IMG/VR virus record: IMGVR_UViG_3300010399_000033
Location: 1 to 64,000 of that record
Origin: a virus
Strand: one strand, 5' to 3'
DNA length: 64,000 nt
Part shown: in pieces, positions 18,533 through 28,504 of the stretch
Position numbering within the stretch: the first letter of the stretch is position 1
Layout of the letters: each line of letters starts with the position of its first letter
The notes under the pieces: model-generated
Databases searched by the model: none
Told to the model about the DNA's origin: nothing
What the model saw: only the letters and a program-made list of their open reading frames with translations
Made by a program: the position numbers and the translations under genes

Positions 18533-19057
18533 TCATTTCCACCTCCTGCTGATGTCGCGGAACAGGTCGCGCAGGAATGCCTCGCACTCATCGGTCACGC
18601 CGATACGCGTGCTCTCGCGCGGGCCGGCGATGTTCAGCACGAGCGGCCGGCCGCAGCGCTCTGCTTGTTCGTATAGCCATTCGATCAGCAAGCGTACATC
18701 TGGCTGCATGCTGGACACGCGCATGAACAAATATTCGCAACGAAATCGTCGCACGTGCTTACGTTCGCGAATGCACATGTCATACGTCAGGGAGCTTCCG
18801 CGCCCCATTCGTGCCGGCGCAATGAGCAATGTAGCGTCGGAGTCCCTGACATTGCAGAGCGTGCGCGCCGGATATTCAGAACTGCCGCACTCGACTAGCC
18901 CAAAGCCGAGAAGTACTGAACGGCGCGGACCTTCCTCGGTCATGAATCCGAGCGGCGCGGTGCCGCCGGTGGGAATGCCGCAGCGTTTCGCAGCGACCAG
19001 CGCCGCTTGATCGACACCAGTCTGGCCCCCACTTATCACCTTGTCGATCAGCTTCAT
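18533..19057 (-). CDS. SLOG-family protein (circularly permuted YpsA / 'MoCo carrier'-like)
   Basis: KVISGGQTGVDQAAL..A...GIPTGG.AP.G..TE.G...Y.ART..NV.DSDATL...LNIAGPRES. Confidence 0.85.
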   Translation of the reverse strand: MKLIDKVISGGQTGVDQAALVAAKRCGIPTGGTAPLGFMTEEGPRRSVLLGFGLVECGSSEYPARTLCNVRDSDATLLIAPARMGRGSSLTYDMCIRERKHVRRFRCEYLFMRVSSMQPDVRLLIEWLYEQAERCGRPLVLNIAGPRESTRIGVTDECEAFLRDLFRDISRRWK

Positions 19058-19957
19058 TGTCTCAAGACCTTCTGTGCATCAGCGATGCTATTCCGGTGAC
19101 GACGACAGCCAGCGCCGCTATTTTGACGATTTGCTCTGGTGTCATCGTGCTGTTTTGTAGGATGACGGCGCCCCCGGTCAGCAGTATTGTCGACCATCCG
19201 ACCTGCAGAGCGATCAGAGCGGGCGGGATCATGGACGTCTCTCCGGTGGGTCGTATTTGTGGTCGCAGATCTGGCACTCGTACTTGCCGGTGTTCAGATG
19301 GAAGATCTTGGTGCAGCGATCTCCGCAGCGAGGACACACTCGCCACGATCGCCAGCGCTTCGGCGGACGCGCGCTGACAAGCTCGCAGTAGTCACACGCA
19401 CCAGAGATCTGGCCGCAAGCGTCGGTCGCGCCTACGCACCGGGTCTGAGGTCGCGGCCTATGCGCCCTGGTCACGTGATCCACTCCACTGGGATGTCGCC
19501 GTTCTTGTTGAGGACTTCCGCGATCTGATCAGGCGCGGAGTTCTGGTAGGCCACCGATCCATCCACAAGGCTGGCGAGTCCGTAGAGGCCGCCACCCATA
19601 TACATAATCAACCAGCGCTCCTCGCGGCCCGACTTGCCGACGATCCGGCCGCCACGAATGTCTCCCGTTTCCCACTCGATCTTCATGGATGTGCCTCCAA
19701 GGGCCTCGTGCTCGTCGGACGCGATGGACACACCTGGAGCCACCAGTCGTCACGCTCGAAGTCGTCGAGCAACATAACCGGTGTGTACGGTGTCTCTCCA
19801 CTAAGGCTCCAGTACGTGATGGCGCTATACGAGCCGTCAATCGCAACATCGATGTCCTGCGATGGGTACGGCGCCTTGTGGAAAAAGCCGCATAGGGCGG
19901 GATGCGAGAACTTGTAGCGCTTCCCGTCCCGGAGCTTTTCGAGCACTTCTGCGAACT

Positions 19958-20302
19958 TCATCTGCTTCCTCCGCTGCTGGAATAGCTTCCAAAGATATCC
20001 ACGACGCGGCCGTCGTGGAATGCAATGATTTTCGTGCCTCGCGCGGGAGAACCACGTCCCGCAGCCGACCAGTACGACCACACGATGCGGTCCTGCTCGC
20101 CGACTTTGAGTGTCTGCTGCTGTGTGGGCTCGCCACAGCGCTCGCGCACTTCGTCGAAGCTGTGTCCGGCGCGGACATTGCAGAGCCGTGCCGGGGCGAC
20201 ATGCTGCGAATACCACACCGGCATCGTGACCACAGCTGTCAGCGGCACGAAGATGAAGGCGACGACCGCCAGACGGATAATACGTGCCTTGGTCTGCGTC
20301 AT
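19958..20302 (-). CDS. Membrane-anchored BamE/SmpA-like small domain protein
   Basis: N-terminal TM, then G.S.DEV...CGEP.....WSY.....I.F.DGRV. Confidence 0.5.
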   Translation of the reverse strand: MTQTKARIIRLAVVAFIFVPLTAVVTMPVWYSQHVAPARLCNVRAGHSFDEVRERCGEPTQQQTLKVGEQDRIVWSYWSAAGRGSPARGTKIIAFHDGRVVDIFGSYSSSGGSR

Positions 20303-20654
20303 TTCTGCCCCTCTCCCCGTTTCAGGCGAACGCGCAGCTCGCCTCGATGCCTGACCAGTACATATAGCTTCCCCGCCCATTGGATCTCGTCTCCTACGGC
20401 GGTCGACTTCAAAGCTATGACCCAGTCCATCTCGTCAATCGTCCATATACGGATCCTCGCTCCGCGATTTGTCAGCTTCTGACGTTCGCTCATGGATGAT
20501 CTCGAATTTTGGAACGATCTTGACGCCGACCGCTCCGGAAATCCCGGAGCATGCCGGACACCTTGTATCATATCGTCCGCGGAAATCAAAGCTTAGAATA
20601 ATCGACCACGGCTGGGCGCAGCGCCAACAGCGCATGGCAACTTTCCGCACCAGA

Positions 20655-22460
20655 TTACTCGATGTAGGTGCCGCGCTCATCCTTGACCAGCCGAATCGTC
20701 GACGAGAATCGGGCGGACTGGTCGACGCGGTGATCGATGAAGTAGATCCGCTGGTCGCGGTCCGCCGCGCGATCGGCCAGCAGGTCAATCACGTCCTGGA
20801 TGCCTTCCCCCGCCATCCAGGTTGATGGCTCGTCGAAGATGCGCAGGTCGCACTCGACGCCATAGCGCGCCAGCAGCACGTCGGACAATGCCAGTGCGCC
20901 GGCAATGCGCAGTCGCTGCCCCTCCCCACCAGACCATGCTTCCCACTTCACCGGCGCGTCATTGCGCGGTGAGCGGATCCACACGTTAAATCCGTGGCTG
21001 ACATTCCCAGCCTGGGTTTCACGCGCGATCGTGTATTCGACGCGCCAGCGCGCCAGTCCGATCTCAGCCAGCACGGCGTTCGTCGCCATCTGCAGCTCAG
21101 CCAGCACTTCTTCGATGATCTGCAGGCGGATGACGCGGAAGCCCTCGATCCAAAACTCGCGGCGGATAGCTTGCCGTTCCAGTTTGGACTTTTCCGCCGT
21201 CTTGGTGACCAGAACAGCCTTTGTGTCCTTCAGCCGCTTGCGCAGGATCTGTGTATGCTGGGTGAACGGATTGTGTTGTTGTGTGGTCTCGGCGAGGCCC
21301 CGTTCCATTTCCCGAATGCGCGCATCCACGACGGCCAGTTCGCGGTTGACTGCCATGAGGTTTTGCTCGGATGTGCTCTTGAGCATTTCAAACTCGGCCA
21401 GCTTCTCGCGCAGTTCTGATGCACGTTCCGCGAATGCGTCGATTTTCTCGGCGGACTCCGCGCCGCTAGGATCCTCAACCGCATTCAAATCAGCCTCTAG
21501 CTTCTTGCGGTGCCGTTCCAGGTGAGATCCCTTGGCGGACTGCCGACACAGAGGGCACGTCTTTCCGTCGCCCAGCGTTTTTAGCTCGGCTGACGCGCGC
21601 CTGCGCTTCTCCTGCGCGACGGCCTGCAGCGATTGAAGGAGCGTACGCAGCTCAGATGCATCGTGTTCGATCGCGGCGATGTCGCGCCGCAGTGGCGCGA
21701 TCTCGGTCGCCGCGCGCTCCAAGCTCAGATCGTATTCGACGCGGCGATCGTCGAGCGTGACATGTTGCGCACGCAAGCGGCGAACTTCTGCTTTCGTTTC
21801 GCTTTCGCGCTCATCCCTCGCGTTCTCGAACTCGGCTGCTTTCTCCTCATGTGTCTTTATATCTCGTTCCACTTCGTTTATGGATCTTCCATAAACATTT
21901 AGTTCGTTTGCCATAATAGCGGCTGCATTTGACAAGCGCGTCGCCTCGGCGCGCGCGTGTTTTGACCGGCGCTCCCATCGCTCGACGTCAAGGGCCGGCG
22001 CGAGCATCGCCATCTTCTCGGCCGGTCGCAGATCGAAGAACAGCGGTTGACCTTGCATGTGTGCGACGGTGTGGCAGAACACATCGAACGGCATGCCGAT
22101 CAGCTCGTCGACCTGCTCCTGCGCAGCCTCCTCGCCGTTGATCAGCAGGTGTGACGCGGTGCGACAGATCTCGTGTGGTTCGCCGTCGCGCCGCAAGGAT
22201 ACAATGACCTCGGTGCCATTGCCGCCGTTCCACGACTTGATGTCGCCACGCCGCAGACCGCTTGACGTCTTGCCGTAAAGCCCCCACTGCAGCGCCAGGA
22301 ACACACTCGACTTGCCGGCGCCATTGCTCCCAAGTTCGCTTTCCAGCGCGTTCCATCCATCGACGAAGATCAGGCCGGGATTCTCCGGGATGTGGATCTC
22401 CAACGGCTCCACAATCGAGCGGAAGCAAACCACGGACAGCTTGTCGAATTGGATGAGCAT
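20655..22460 (-). CDS. SbcC/Rad50-like recombination ATPase (T4 gp46-like)
   Basis: Walker A GSNGAGKS, CPLC zinc hook, signature SGGEGQR, Walker B IFDEP, coiled coils. Confidence 0.9.
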   Translation of the reverse strand: MLIQFDKLSVVCFRSIVEPLEIHIPENPGLIFVDGWNALESELGSNGAGKSSVFLALQWGLYGKTSSGLRRGDIKSWNGGNGTEVIVSLRRDGEPHEICRTASHLLINGEEAAQEQVDELIGMPFDVFCHTVAHMQGQPLFFDLRPAEKMAMLAPALDVERWERRSKHARAEATRLSNAAAIMANELNVYGRSINEVERDIKTHEEKAAEFENARDERESETKAEVRRLRAQHVTLDDRRVEYDLSLERAATEIAPLRRDIAAIEHDASELRTLLQSLQAVAQEKRRRASAELKTLGDGKTCPLCRQSAKGSHLERHRKKLEADLNAVEDPSGAESAEKIDAFAERASELREKLAEFEMLKSTSEQNLMAVNRELAVVDARIREMERGLAETTQQHNPFTQHTQILRKRLKDTKAVLVTKTAEKSKLERQAIRREFWIEGFRVIRLQIIEEVLAELQMATNAVLAEIGLARWRVEYTIARETQAGNVSHGFNVWIRSPRNDAPVKWEAWSGGEGQRLRIAGALALSDVLLARYGVECDLRIFDEPSTWMAGEGIQDVIDLLADRAADRDQRIYFIDHRVDQSARFSSTIRLVKDERGTYIE

Positions 22461-22622
22461 TTTACGGCGCCGGGATGCAAAATGCCTGTGCATATCCCGA
22501 TACGTGGCTGGCCTCGTCAGCTGCCTTTTTGCATGTCGCCCACCCTATATATGGCTTTTGTACTATAGCCATCGTTGTATAGGGTCCGCGCATGATGTAG
22601 ATCACCAAAAGCCAACCCTCCA

Positions 22623-23642
22623 TCACGAAACCTCCTGCACGATTGCGAGTCCTGCTCGCTTGGTCATATCGTCCGCCTCCACCTGCTCGCTGTAGTCCTT
22701 GACGATCCGCGTGTCTGAACGCTGACCGCGTGACTCCTGCAGCTTCTTGCTCTTGGCGACAGACAGCTCGGTGATCGGGACGGTCGAATGTATGGTGCAG
22801 CTGCGCTCTTGTCCCCATGCCTCGATCGCCGCGCGCGTCTCCTCGAACCGTGCCGCGTCCTCGACGTTCATGAGCACCCGGATCTTGACCACGTCGCCGG
22901 CCCGCAGCGCGTCGGCGCGCTTGGTCTGCTTACGGAGGTCCGCTACATTCGTGACCTCGAATAGGCGCTTCTGCGGTCCCTTCAGCGGGATCGACTTCCG
23001 CCCGGATTTTCCGAGCAGAATGACTCGCGGCTCGTAGTCGTCGCCGAAGTCCACGGTGTATGGGGCGCCGACGTATGTGATCTTGCCGTCTTGCGGCACG
23101 TGGATGTCTCCTGAGATCACATTGGTGCCGTCAGCGAAGATATCGGTCGGAATCCCGTGCATTTTGCGAGTGCGCGAGATGCGCGCGCCCTCGAAAGTCT
23201 GATGAGCGAATACGAAGTTCCCATCCAATCCGATAGTTCCGTCGTGGCTGGCGCGGTAGGTCTGCCAATCACGCTCCCAATTGGATGTGTATGGCAACAA
23301 CAGATCTCCATTATCTCGTACGGTGGGCACGTCGACATACTGGATGCGGCTGAACCCCCCAAGAAAGCGAAAAAACGCCGGCAGACCCGGCTTGCCGTCG
23401 TGGTTGCCGTACAAAACGGTGATGTGCGCCATACATGACAGCTCAACCATCCGCTCGACGATGCGGTTCACCAGCCGGGAGCCGTGGTTGTCCTTGACTT
23501 CCGTGATATCGCCCAAAATCAGCAGATTCGTGACTTTGTGCTGATTCATCAGACGGGGAAGTGTGTCGTTCACGAAGCTCCAGCGGTATTCGTCCCGTGG
23601 ATTGCTCGACAGGTGCCAATCTGCTGTCACAAGTGTGGTCAC
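22623..23642 (-). CDS. SbcD/Mre11-like metallophosphoesterase nuclease (T4 gp47-like)
   Basis: ADWH, LGD, GNHD, AHQ, SGDIH motifs. Confidence 0.9.
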   Translation of the reverse strand: MTTLVTADWHLSSNPRDEYRWSFVNDTLPRLMNQHKVTNLLILGDITEVKDNHGSRLVNRIVERMVELSCMAHITVLYGNHDGKPGLPAFFRFLGGFSRIQYVDVPTVRDNGDLLLPYTSNWERDWQTYRASHDGTIGLDGNFVFAHQTFEGARISRTRKMHGIPTDIFADGTNVISGDIHVPQDGKITYVGAPYTVDFGDDYEPRVILLGKSGRKSIPLKGPQKRLFEVTNVADLRKQTKRADALRAGDVVKIRVLMNVEDAARFEETRAAIEAWGQERSCTIHSTVPITELSVAKSKKLQESRGQRSDTRIVKDYSEQVEADDMTKRAGLAIVQEVS

Positions 23643-23646
23643 GTGG

Positions 23647-24171
23647 CTATTTCCTCGTAAGCTGTCTTCGGAACGGGAACCGAGCCTTCATCAGCTCGTC
23701 GAACAGATAAATGTTGACTGCATATCCATCGATCCAGACACGTGAGCAGCTCGGCGCGTTGAGCCACGCTGCTTCAAGTGGAATCAGCATCAGCGTCGGA
23801 AACATATTCTGACGCGCGATGACCACAGGCGTCCGATTTCCGTGCTTCTCGGCGTCGACTCGTGCCTTCCGCCAGAAGTCCGCCAAAGTCCCCTTGCCCA
23901 AAAGCAGACGTGCCAGCTCAAGGCGCTTGTAGTGCTTGGCCTCAATGAACCACGCGTCGGTCAGCACGTGTCCCTCAGCGGCGACGGCGCAAATATCACC
24001 GGCTACATGCGAGTATTCCTCTTTTCTTTGCATCAAAGTTGCGCGCCCCCCACTCATAGCACTTCTCCAGAAAATATCTTTGCGTTTTCCTCCGGTGACC
24101 CATAAGCTCAATGCAACACATATCGTTCGCTCGAATTGGCTTCCTTTTCTTTTCCCACCTCCGTTTTTCAT
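23647..24171 (-). CDS. Holliday junction resolvase-like PD-(D/E)xK nuclease
   Basis: KGSQFER...F.RS..SGG...GDI...IEAKHYK. Confidence 0.75.
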   Translation of the reverse strand: MKNGGGKRKGSQFERTICVALSLWVTGGKRKDIFWRSAMSGGRATLMQRKEEYSHVAGDICAVAAEGHVLTDAWFIEAKHYKRLELARLLLGKGTLADFWRKARVDAEKHGNRTPVVIARQNMFPTLMLIPLEAAWLNAPSCSRVWIDGYAVNIYLFDELMKARFPFRRQLTRK

Positions 24172-24725
24172 ATGTGCCTCCAACTACGTCGGCGCTGGAT
24201 ATCCGAGACGGTTTGTTGTGTGATCCCAAACTTAGCTGCTATGTCTCCTTGCCGTTTTTCTTTGAAGCGTAATATTTCCCTGACATCGGATTCGCTTAGC
24301 TTGGCATTACCATTTCGGCTACCGTGATTATTTGTTCCATGCAGCTTTTTATCCGCATGATTCTCTTTCGGTGTAGCCCATCTTAAATGTTGCGGGCTGA
24401 TACAACCTAGATGTCCATTACCGCACGAATGTGCTGACCAATGTCGTTCAGTGGGCGGGGGTCCGTAGACACGTTTACAAATTAGCCGATGGACATCATG
24501 CTTTACACCATCCACATGAATCTGTGCGTATCCCCCAGTGCTTCTTCCAAATGGCCAAAATACGCAATTGGCTCCTTTATACTTTATAGCTTTATCCAGA
24601 AAGATGTGCGCGTGTCCGTAGCTTGTGTACTTCGGATCTCCATGGCGGCGCCACCGTGTGTAGTGCATGTCGCACCAACCGCGACAACGCGCTGTTGCAT
24701 GACAATCTTTGACTTTGCACTTCAT
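24168..24725 (-). CDS. HNH homing endonuclease
   Basis: C...C...C..HY.RW.RHGDP; HSCGNG..GC..P.HLRWAT..EN..D; C-terminal HTH; visibly AT-richer than its flanks. Confidence 0.85.
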   Translation of the reverse strand: MKCKVKDCHATARCRGWCDMHYTRWRRHGDPKYTSYGHAHIFLDKAIKYKGANCVFWPFGRSTGGYAQIHVDGVKHDVHRLICKRVYGPPPTERHWSAHSCGNGHLGCISPQHLRWATPKENHADKKLHGTNNHGSRNGNAKLSESDVREILRFKEKRQGDIAAKFGITQQTVSDIQRRRSWRHI

Positions 24726-25123
24726 TATGGCTGCCATGCCCCATTGTGCATGGCGAGATCGATCGTCCTGCGCAGTGTGCTGCAGTTCTCCCCGAGATGA
24801 TGTTGCCGCATGAAGCGATATCCTGCACGCTCCCCGTCCTGTGCAGGGACCCAATCGAAGGAAATACCGGTTCGGCTTTTTCTGGCGGCCTTTTCCAGCC
24901 AGTCGATCCGTTCAGCATCAGTGAACCGTGCCGGCAAATCGCTTGTCGGCGGCGTGATTAGCTTGCTCAGCGCATCGTGCAGACTTACGGCTTCCTCATG
25001 AGTCATTGGCATTGCAGTGCCCTGATCGCGTGTCGTACACATAAGCTGAACGCCGCCGTCGCTGGTAGACGCTACCACTACCGGGCCGTGATTGGTATGG
25101 ATGATGAACGCGGGCTGGTGCAT
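24725..25123 (-). CDS. Hypothetical protein
   Basis: DAERIDWLE...LRRTID phage motif; RBS gggagg. Confidence 0.55.
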   Translation of the reverse strand: MHQPAFIIHTNHGPVVVASTSDGGVQLMCTTRDQGTAMPMTHEEAVSLHDALSKLITPPTSDLPARFTDAERIDWLEKAARKSRTGISFDWVPAQDGERAGYRFMRQHHLGENCSTLRRTIDLAMHNGAWQP

Positions 25124-25144
25124 ATGTTTTTCCTCCCGTCTAAG

Positions 25145-25183
25145 GAAAAATATGCGCCTCCCGGACGGAACCGCGGGAGGCGC
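25145..25183 (-). terminator. Rho-independent terminator after the pspA-like gene
   Basis: 10-bp stem gcgcctcccg/cgggaggcgc (25154-25183) followed by ATATTTTT on the - strand. Confidence 0.65.
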
Positions 25184-25199
25184 TGCCAAACCGGAGATA

Positions 25200-25886
25200 T
25201 CACTTCCGACCGAGGATCTCGGCGAGGCGTCCCTGCGCCTTGGCGTCGGAGACGGCGCTGGCCGTCGCGGCGTCGCTGCCGCCGATCTTGTCCATCGCGC
25301 GGGAGAGACGATCATCCGCCACCGCAGCACGTTCGGAGATGCGACCGGCGATATTGTCGACGTCGCCGCCGTCCGACATCAGGTCGCCCATCGCGTCGAT
25401 CGCTGCCGCCGTCTTGGTCTTGGCCTTGGCGGTGGCGTCCTGGGCGCGTAGCGTGCCGAGCTGTCCGTTTCGCCGCTCCTCCTCGGCCTTCACGTTGTCG
25501 ACGGCGGTCTTGAGCTTGTCAACAGTGTCCTGCGCCGCTGCGGCTGCCGTCGTGATGGTCTCCATCTTGCCCTCGATGGTCTGCAGCCGGCGAGTCAGTT
25601 CCAGCGCCGCTGCCTGCTGCTTGGGGTCGCCATTTCCGAGCAGCTTGATATTGCCAACCAGCTCGGCGATCTCCTTCTCCGCCACGGTGACGGCACCGGA
25701 CTTGACCTGGAGGTCGTGACGCGCCGAGGCCAGTGTGTCCTGGAGCTGGTTGCGTCCTTCCGCCAGATCTCGCAGCCGCTGCTCGACGGACGGGATCGAG
25801 GTCTCGTCGATGATGTCATTGAGGAATGCGTGCAGATTGCCGAGAGTGATATTCCGAAGCTTCGAGAAAATGCTGGTCATGTGCAT
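25200..25886 (-). CDS. PspA/IM30 family protein
   Basis: Amphipathic SIFSKLRNITLGNLH.FL start, EQ.LRDL, all-helical coiled coil, ends RLAEILG. Confidence 0.7.
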   Translation of the reverse strand: MHMTSIFSKLRNITLGNLHAFLNDIIDETSIPSVEQRLRDLAEGRNQLQDTLASARHDLQVKSGAVTVAEKEIAELVGNIKLLGNGDPKQQAAALELTRRLQTIEGKMETITTAAAAAQDTVDKLKTAVDNVKAEEERRNGQLGTLRAQDATAKAKTKTAAAIDAMGDLMSDGGDVDNIAGRISERAAVADDRLSRAMDKIGGSDAATASAVSDAKAQGRLAEILGRK

Positions 25887-25912
25887 TTGTCCTTGTGTGT
25901 GTGTTTCTGGGC

Positions 25913-27319
25913 TCAGTCCGATGACGAAGAACTTCCGCCGCTGTCCGATGACGACGAGCCTGAGTCATAGCTGCCGCCGCTATCGGACGACGAGCTTGAG
26001 CTGAAGCTTCCGCCGGAGTCATCAGACGACGAGGAAGACGAGAACGACCCGCCGTCATCGTCATTTGAACGTGAGGGTCGTGATGACTCGCGCTCCTCGC
26101 GAGGAGGTGCGCGATACGAGTTGCTGCGGTCATCGTCGCGCCATGACCGTGACTCGCGCTCGACGATGACCGGTGTCTCGACGAACACAACACTTGGGGA
26201 TGCCGCTGGAGTCTCTGCAGCTCTTTGATAGTCCGAGTGCTGCGATCGCGCCCGGCTTTGAGCAACATGGACGTGATTGCGGTGATGTGTCTTGCGTTCC
26301 TCCCGATGATGGGGCTTTGTCTGCTCGGGCTCCTTATCCTCGAGGAATTTTCCCGCATTGATCTCGGCCGCCAGACGCCGCGCGGGTGTGATATAGCGGA
26401 TCAGGATGGAGGAATAGCGCTGCTCGTTGCGTTGATAGCTTCCGACAGACAGACCATCCGCATTCGGATCAGGACCGCTGATGTGGTCGAATCCCATGAA
26501 TGCCGACATCGCGGCGTTGGCGTGACGGTGAAAATCCGCCAGCTTGCGATTGGCATCCTGCCGGCGTTCCGGATCAGCGTTGTTGACCTTCGCCTGAAGG
26601 ACGGGGCCAAGCGTCTCATCGCTGATTTCCAGAAGGCCGCTCACGACCTCGGAGCGAACTCGTCGCGCATCGGCCTGCGCGGACCGTGTGTTGCGGCGAT
26701 CCTCCCGCATTCTGCTCGTGACGGCGAGAAGACCGAACACCGACCCCGCGAGCGCACCTCCGATTGTCAGCCACATCAGCCACTTCCATAGCCCGGAGTG
26801 GTCTGCGGCCTGATTGATAATGGTGGTGCCCGTCGGACGCTGCAGGAATAGTGTGCTCATGTCCCCGAGTGTGGCGATGAGAGCGGGACCAATACGGTTG
26901 CTCTCACCCGCCTTGTGTGCAGTCACGGCCGGCACGAACTTGTCGCGGATGATGTCCTGCCACTTGCCGGACAGTTTGGGCTGGCTGGAGACGCCGTAGT
27001 AGAAGCCAATATCAGGCTTCTGGCCCGGCGCGTAGAACAGCATGATCATGCTGCTGCGCAGCCCGCCGCTACTGTTGTGCCAGTCGGCGCAAAACGCCAC
27101 GAAGCTGTCCTTCAGAGCGTCCAGGTTCGGCGAGCCGTGCAGTCCGTTGAAGACTCGGACACGCACGTCAGCGCTCGCCGCATTTCCGAATGCCCGCGCC
27201 GCGTTCTCGACGCCACCCATGTTCGGCAAGCCCACCTCGTCGACCACCGGATTATCGCAGCCTGCCATGGCGCCTGTGGACAGGGCCGCGGCGATTGCCA
27301 CTATCATCATCCTGCGCAT
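25913..27319 (-). CDS. TPM (DUF477)-like membrane protein with Ser/Gly/Asp-rich tail
   Basis: Signal peptide, alpha/beta periplasmic domain, one TM, cytoplasmic helix, SSSSDSGGS tail. Confidence 0.6.
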   Translation of the reverse strand: MRRMMIVAIAAALSTGAMAGCDNPVVDEVGLPNMGGVENAARAFGNAASADVRVRVFNGLHGSPNLDALKDSFVAFCADWHNSSGGLRSSMIMLFYAPGQKPDIGFYYGVSSQPKLSGKWQDIIRDKFVPAVTAHKAGESNRIGPALIATLGDMSTLFLQRPTGTTIINQAADHSGLWKWLMWLTIGGALAGSVFGLLAVTSRMREDRRNTRSAQADARRVRSEVVSGLLEISDETLGPVLQAKVNNADPERRQDANRKLADFHRHANAAMSAFMGFDHISGPDPNADGLSVGSYQRNEQRYSSILIRYITPARRLAAEINAGKFLEDKEPEQTKPHHREERKTHHRNHVHVAQSRARSQHSDYQRAAETPAASPSVVFVETPVIVERESRSWRDDDRSNSYRAPPREERESSRPSRSNDDDGGSFSSSSSSDDSGGSFSSSSSSDSGGSYDSGSSSSDSGGSSSSSD

Positions 27320-27320
27320 G

Positions 27321-28355
27321 TCAGCTCCCATATTTCGACCGTGGCGGCATGAAACTCGCCTCGATCTGGTCCCATCTCTCCTCGACAACCTTATGCATAT
27401 GCGCGATAGCTCCTTTCCAGTCTCCGGAGCCCTCGCGGATCATTTTGCGAAATGCGGTGTCGTTCAGGTTCCCCATCGCATCGCCGATCCCGCCAGTCGA
27501 CTTGAGCCAATCCAGACAGCTACTAACGTCATCCATACCCCATGCGAACAGGATAGGGAATCCCACCTGCCGGAATGGCAAGCCGACCTTGTTCTTGTCG
27601 GTCATCGCCAGCACATTGATGCCAACAGGACGTTTGATCTTGTTGACCTCTCTGTAGATCTTCCCGGTCTGCGCCAGCCAGACGATTTGGCTGGCGTAGA
27701 AGTCGAGTGCGCGACCGCCGCTGCGTGTCGACTTGCGGCCGAACCGTGCATTGATCTTGTCCCGCTCCTGCGACACGATCATCAACGTGATGCCGGCGCG
27801 TTCCATTGGGTCGTTCAGGTCGGTGAACAGCTTGGACATCAGTTTTGCGCGTTCCATGGCGTAGGAGCCTTGGTCGAGCGATCGCTTCATAGCAGCACGG
27901 CTGGTCAGGGCGTCGAGTGAATCGACAATGAACAGCTCGCCGCCATTCTCGACGTACCTGATCCGGTAGTCCAGCTCCTCATACAGATCCTCGACGGTGC
28001 GCATGGGTGGCGCGTCCTGCCGGCCGAAGTCAATGCTGTCCACTGGCGCCCCGATTGCGCGTGCGTAGCTCATGAGGAATGCGCGCTCGGTCTCGCGGTA
28101 GCGGATCTTGCGGCGTGGATACTTGATTTTGTAGTTGGTTGCAGTTTCCGTGACCAACAACGTTTTTCCTGAGCTACGATCGCCGATGATGTTGATCGTC
28201 CTCCCATCCGCCCATCCGCCCCCTAGCGCGAGGTCGAGCATTTTCGATCCTGATGGGATGAATCCGATCTCGTCGGACGGCGGTCGGAAATAGGCACCTC
28301 CCGCATGCCGCGCTCGACCGACGGTGCGTGTCCGGAGTGGAACGCGCTCAGGCAT
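27321..28355 (-). CDS. recA: RecA/UvsX recombinase
   Basis: IPSGS..LDLALGGG, GDRSSGKT, IVDSLDAL, SGGRALDFYAS, KNKVG.PFR. Confidence 0.9.
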   Translation of the reverse strand: MPERVPLRTRTVGRARHAGGAYFRPPSDEIGFIPSGSKMLDLALGGGWADGRTINIIGDRSSGKTLLVTETATNYKIKYPRRKIRYRETERAFLMSYARAIGAPVDSIDFGRQDAPPMRTVEDLYEELDYRIRYVENGGELFIVDSLDALTSRAAMKRSLDQGSYAMERAKLMSKLFTDLNDPMERAGITLMIVSQERDKINARFGRKSTRSGGRALDFYASQIVWLAQTGKIYREVNKIKRPVGINVLAMTDKNKVGLPFRQVGFPILFAWGMDDVSSCLDWLKSTGGIGDAMGNLNDTAFRKMIREGSGDWKGAIAHMHKVVEERWDQIEASFMPPRSKYGS

Positions 28356-28504
28356 CGTGTGGGTTCCTTCCTGCGGCGCGGAAACGAGGCACCGGTGAGT
28401 GTTGGGGACGTCCGCCGTATCCGCGCAGCGGATCGAGGGCCCGACGCACCAGCGGCGCCCGGAGGCGCCGCTGGGCATATGGTATCACAGTCCGGAAATA
28501 CCGC

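Noticed and set aside
25915-26060. Repeated gacga/gag units
   Set aside because: They encode the SSSSDSGGS low-complexity tail of the TPM-like protein.
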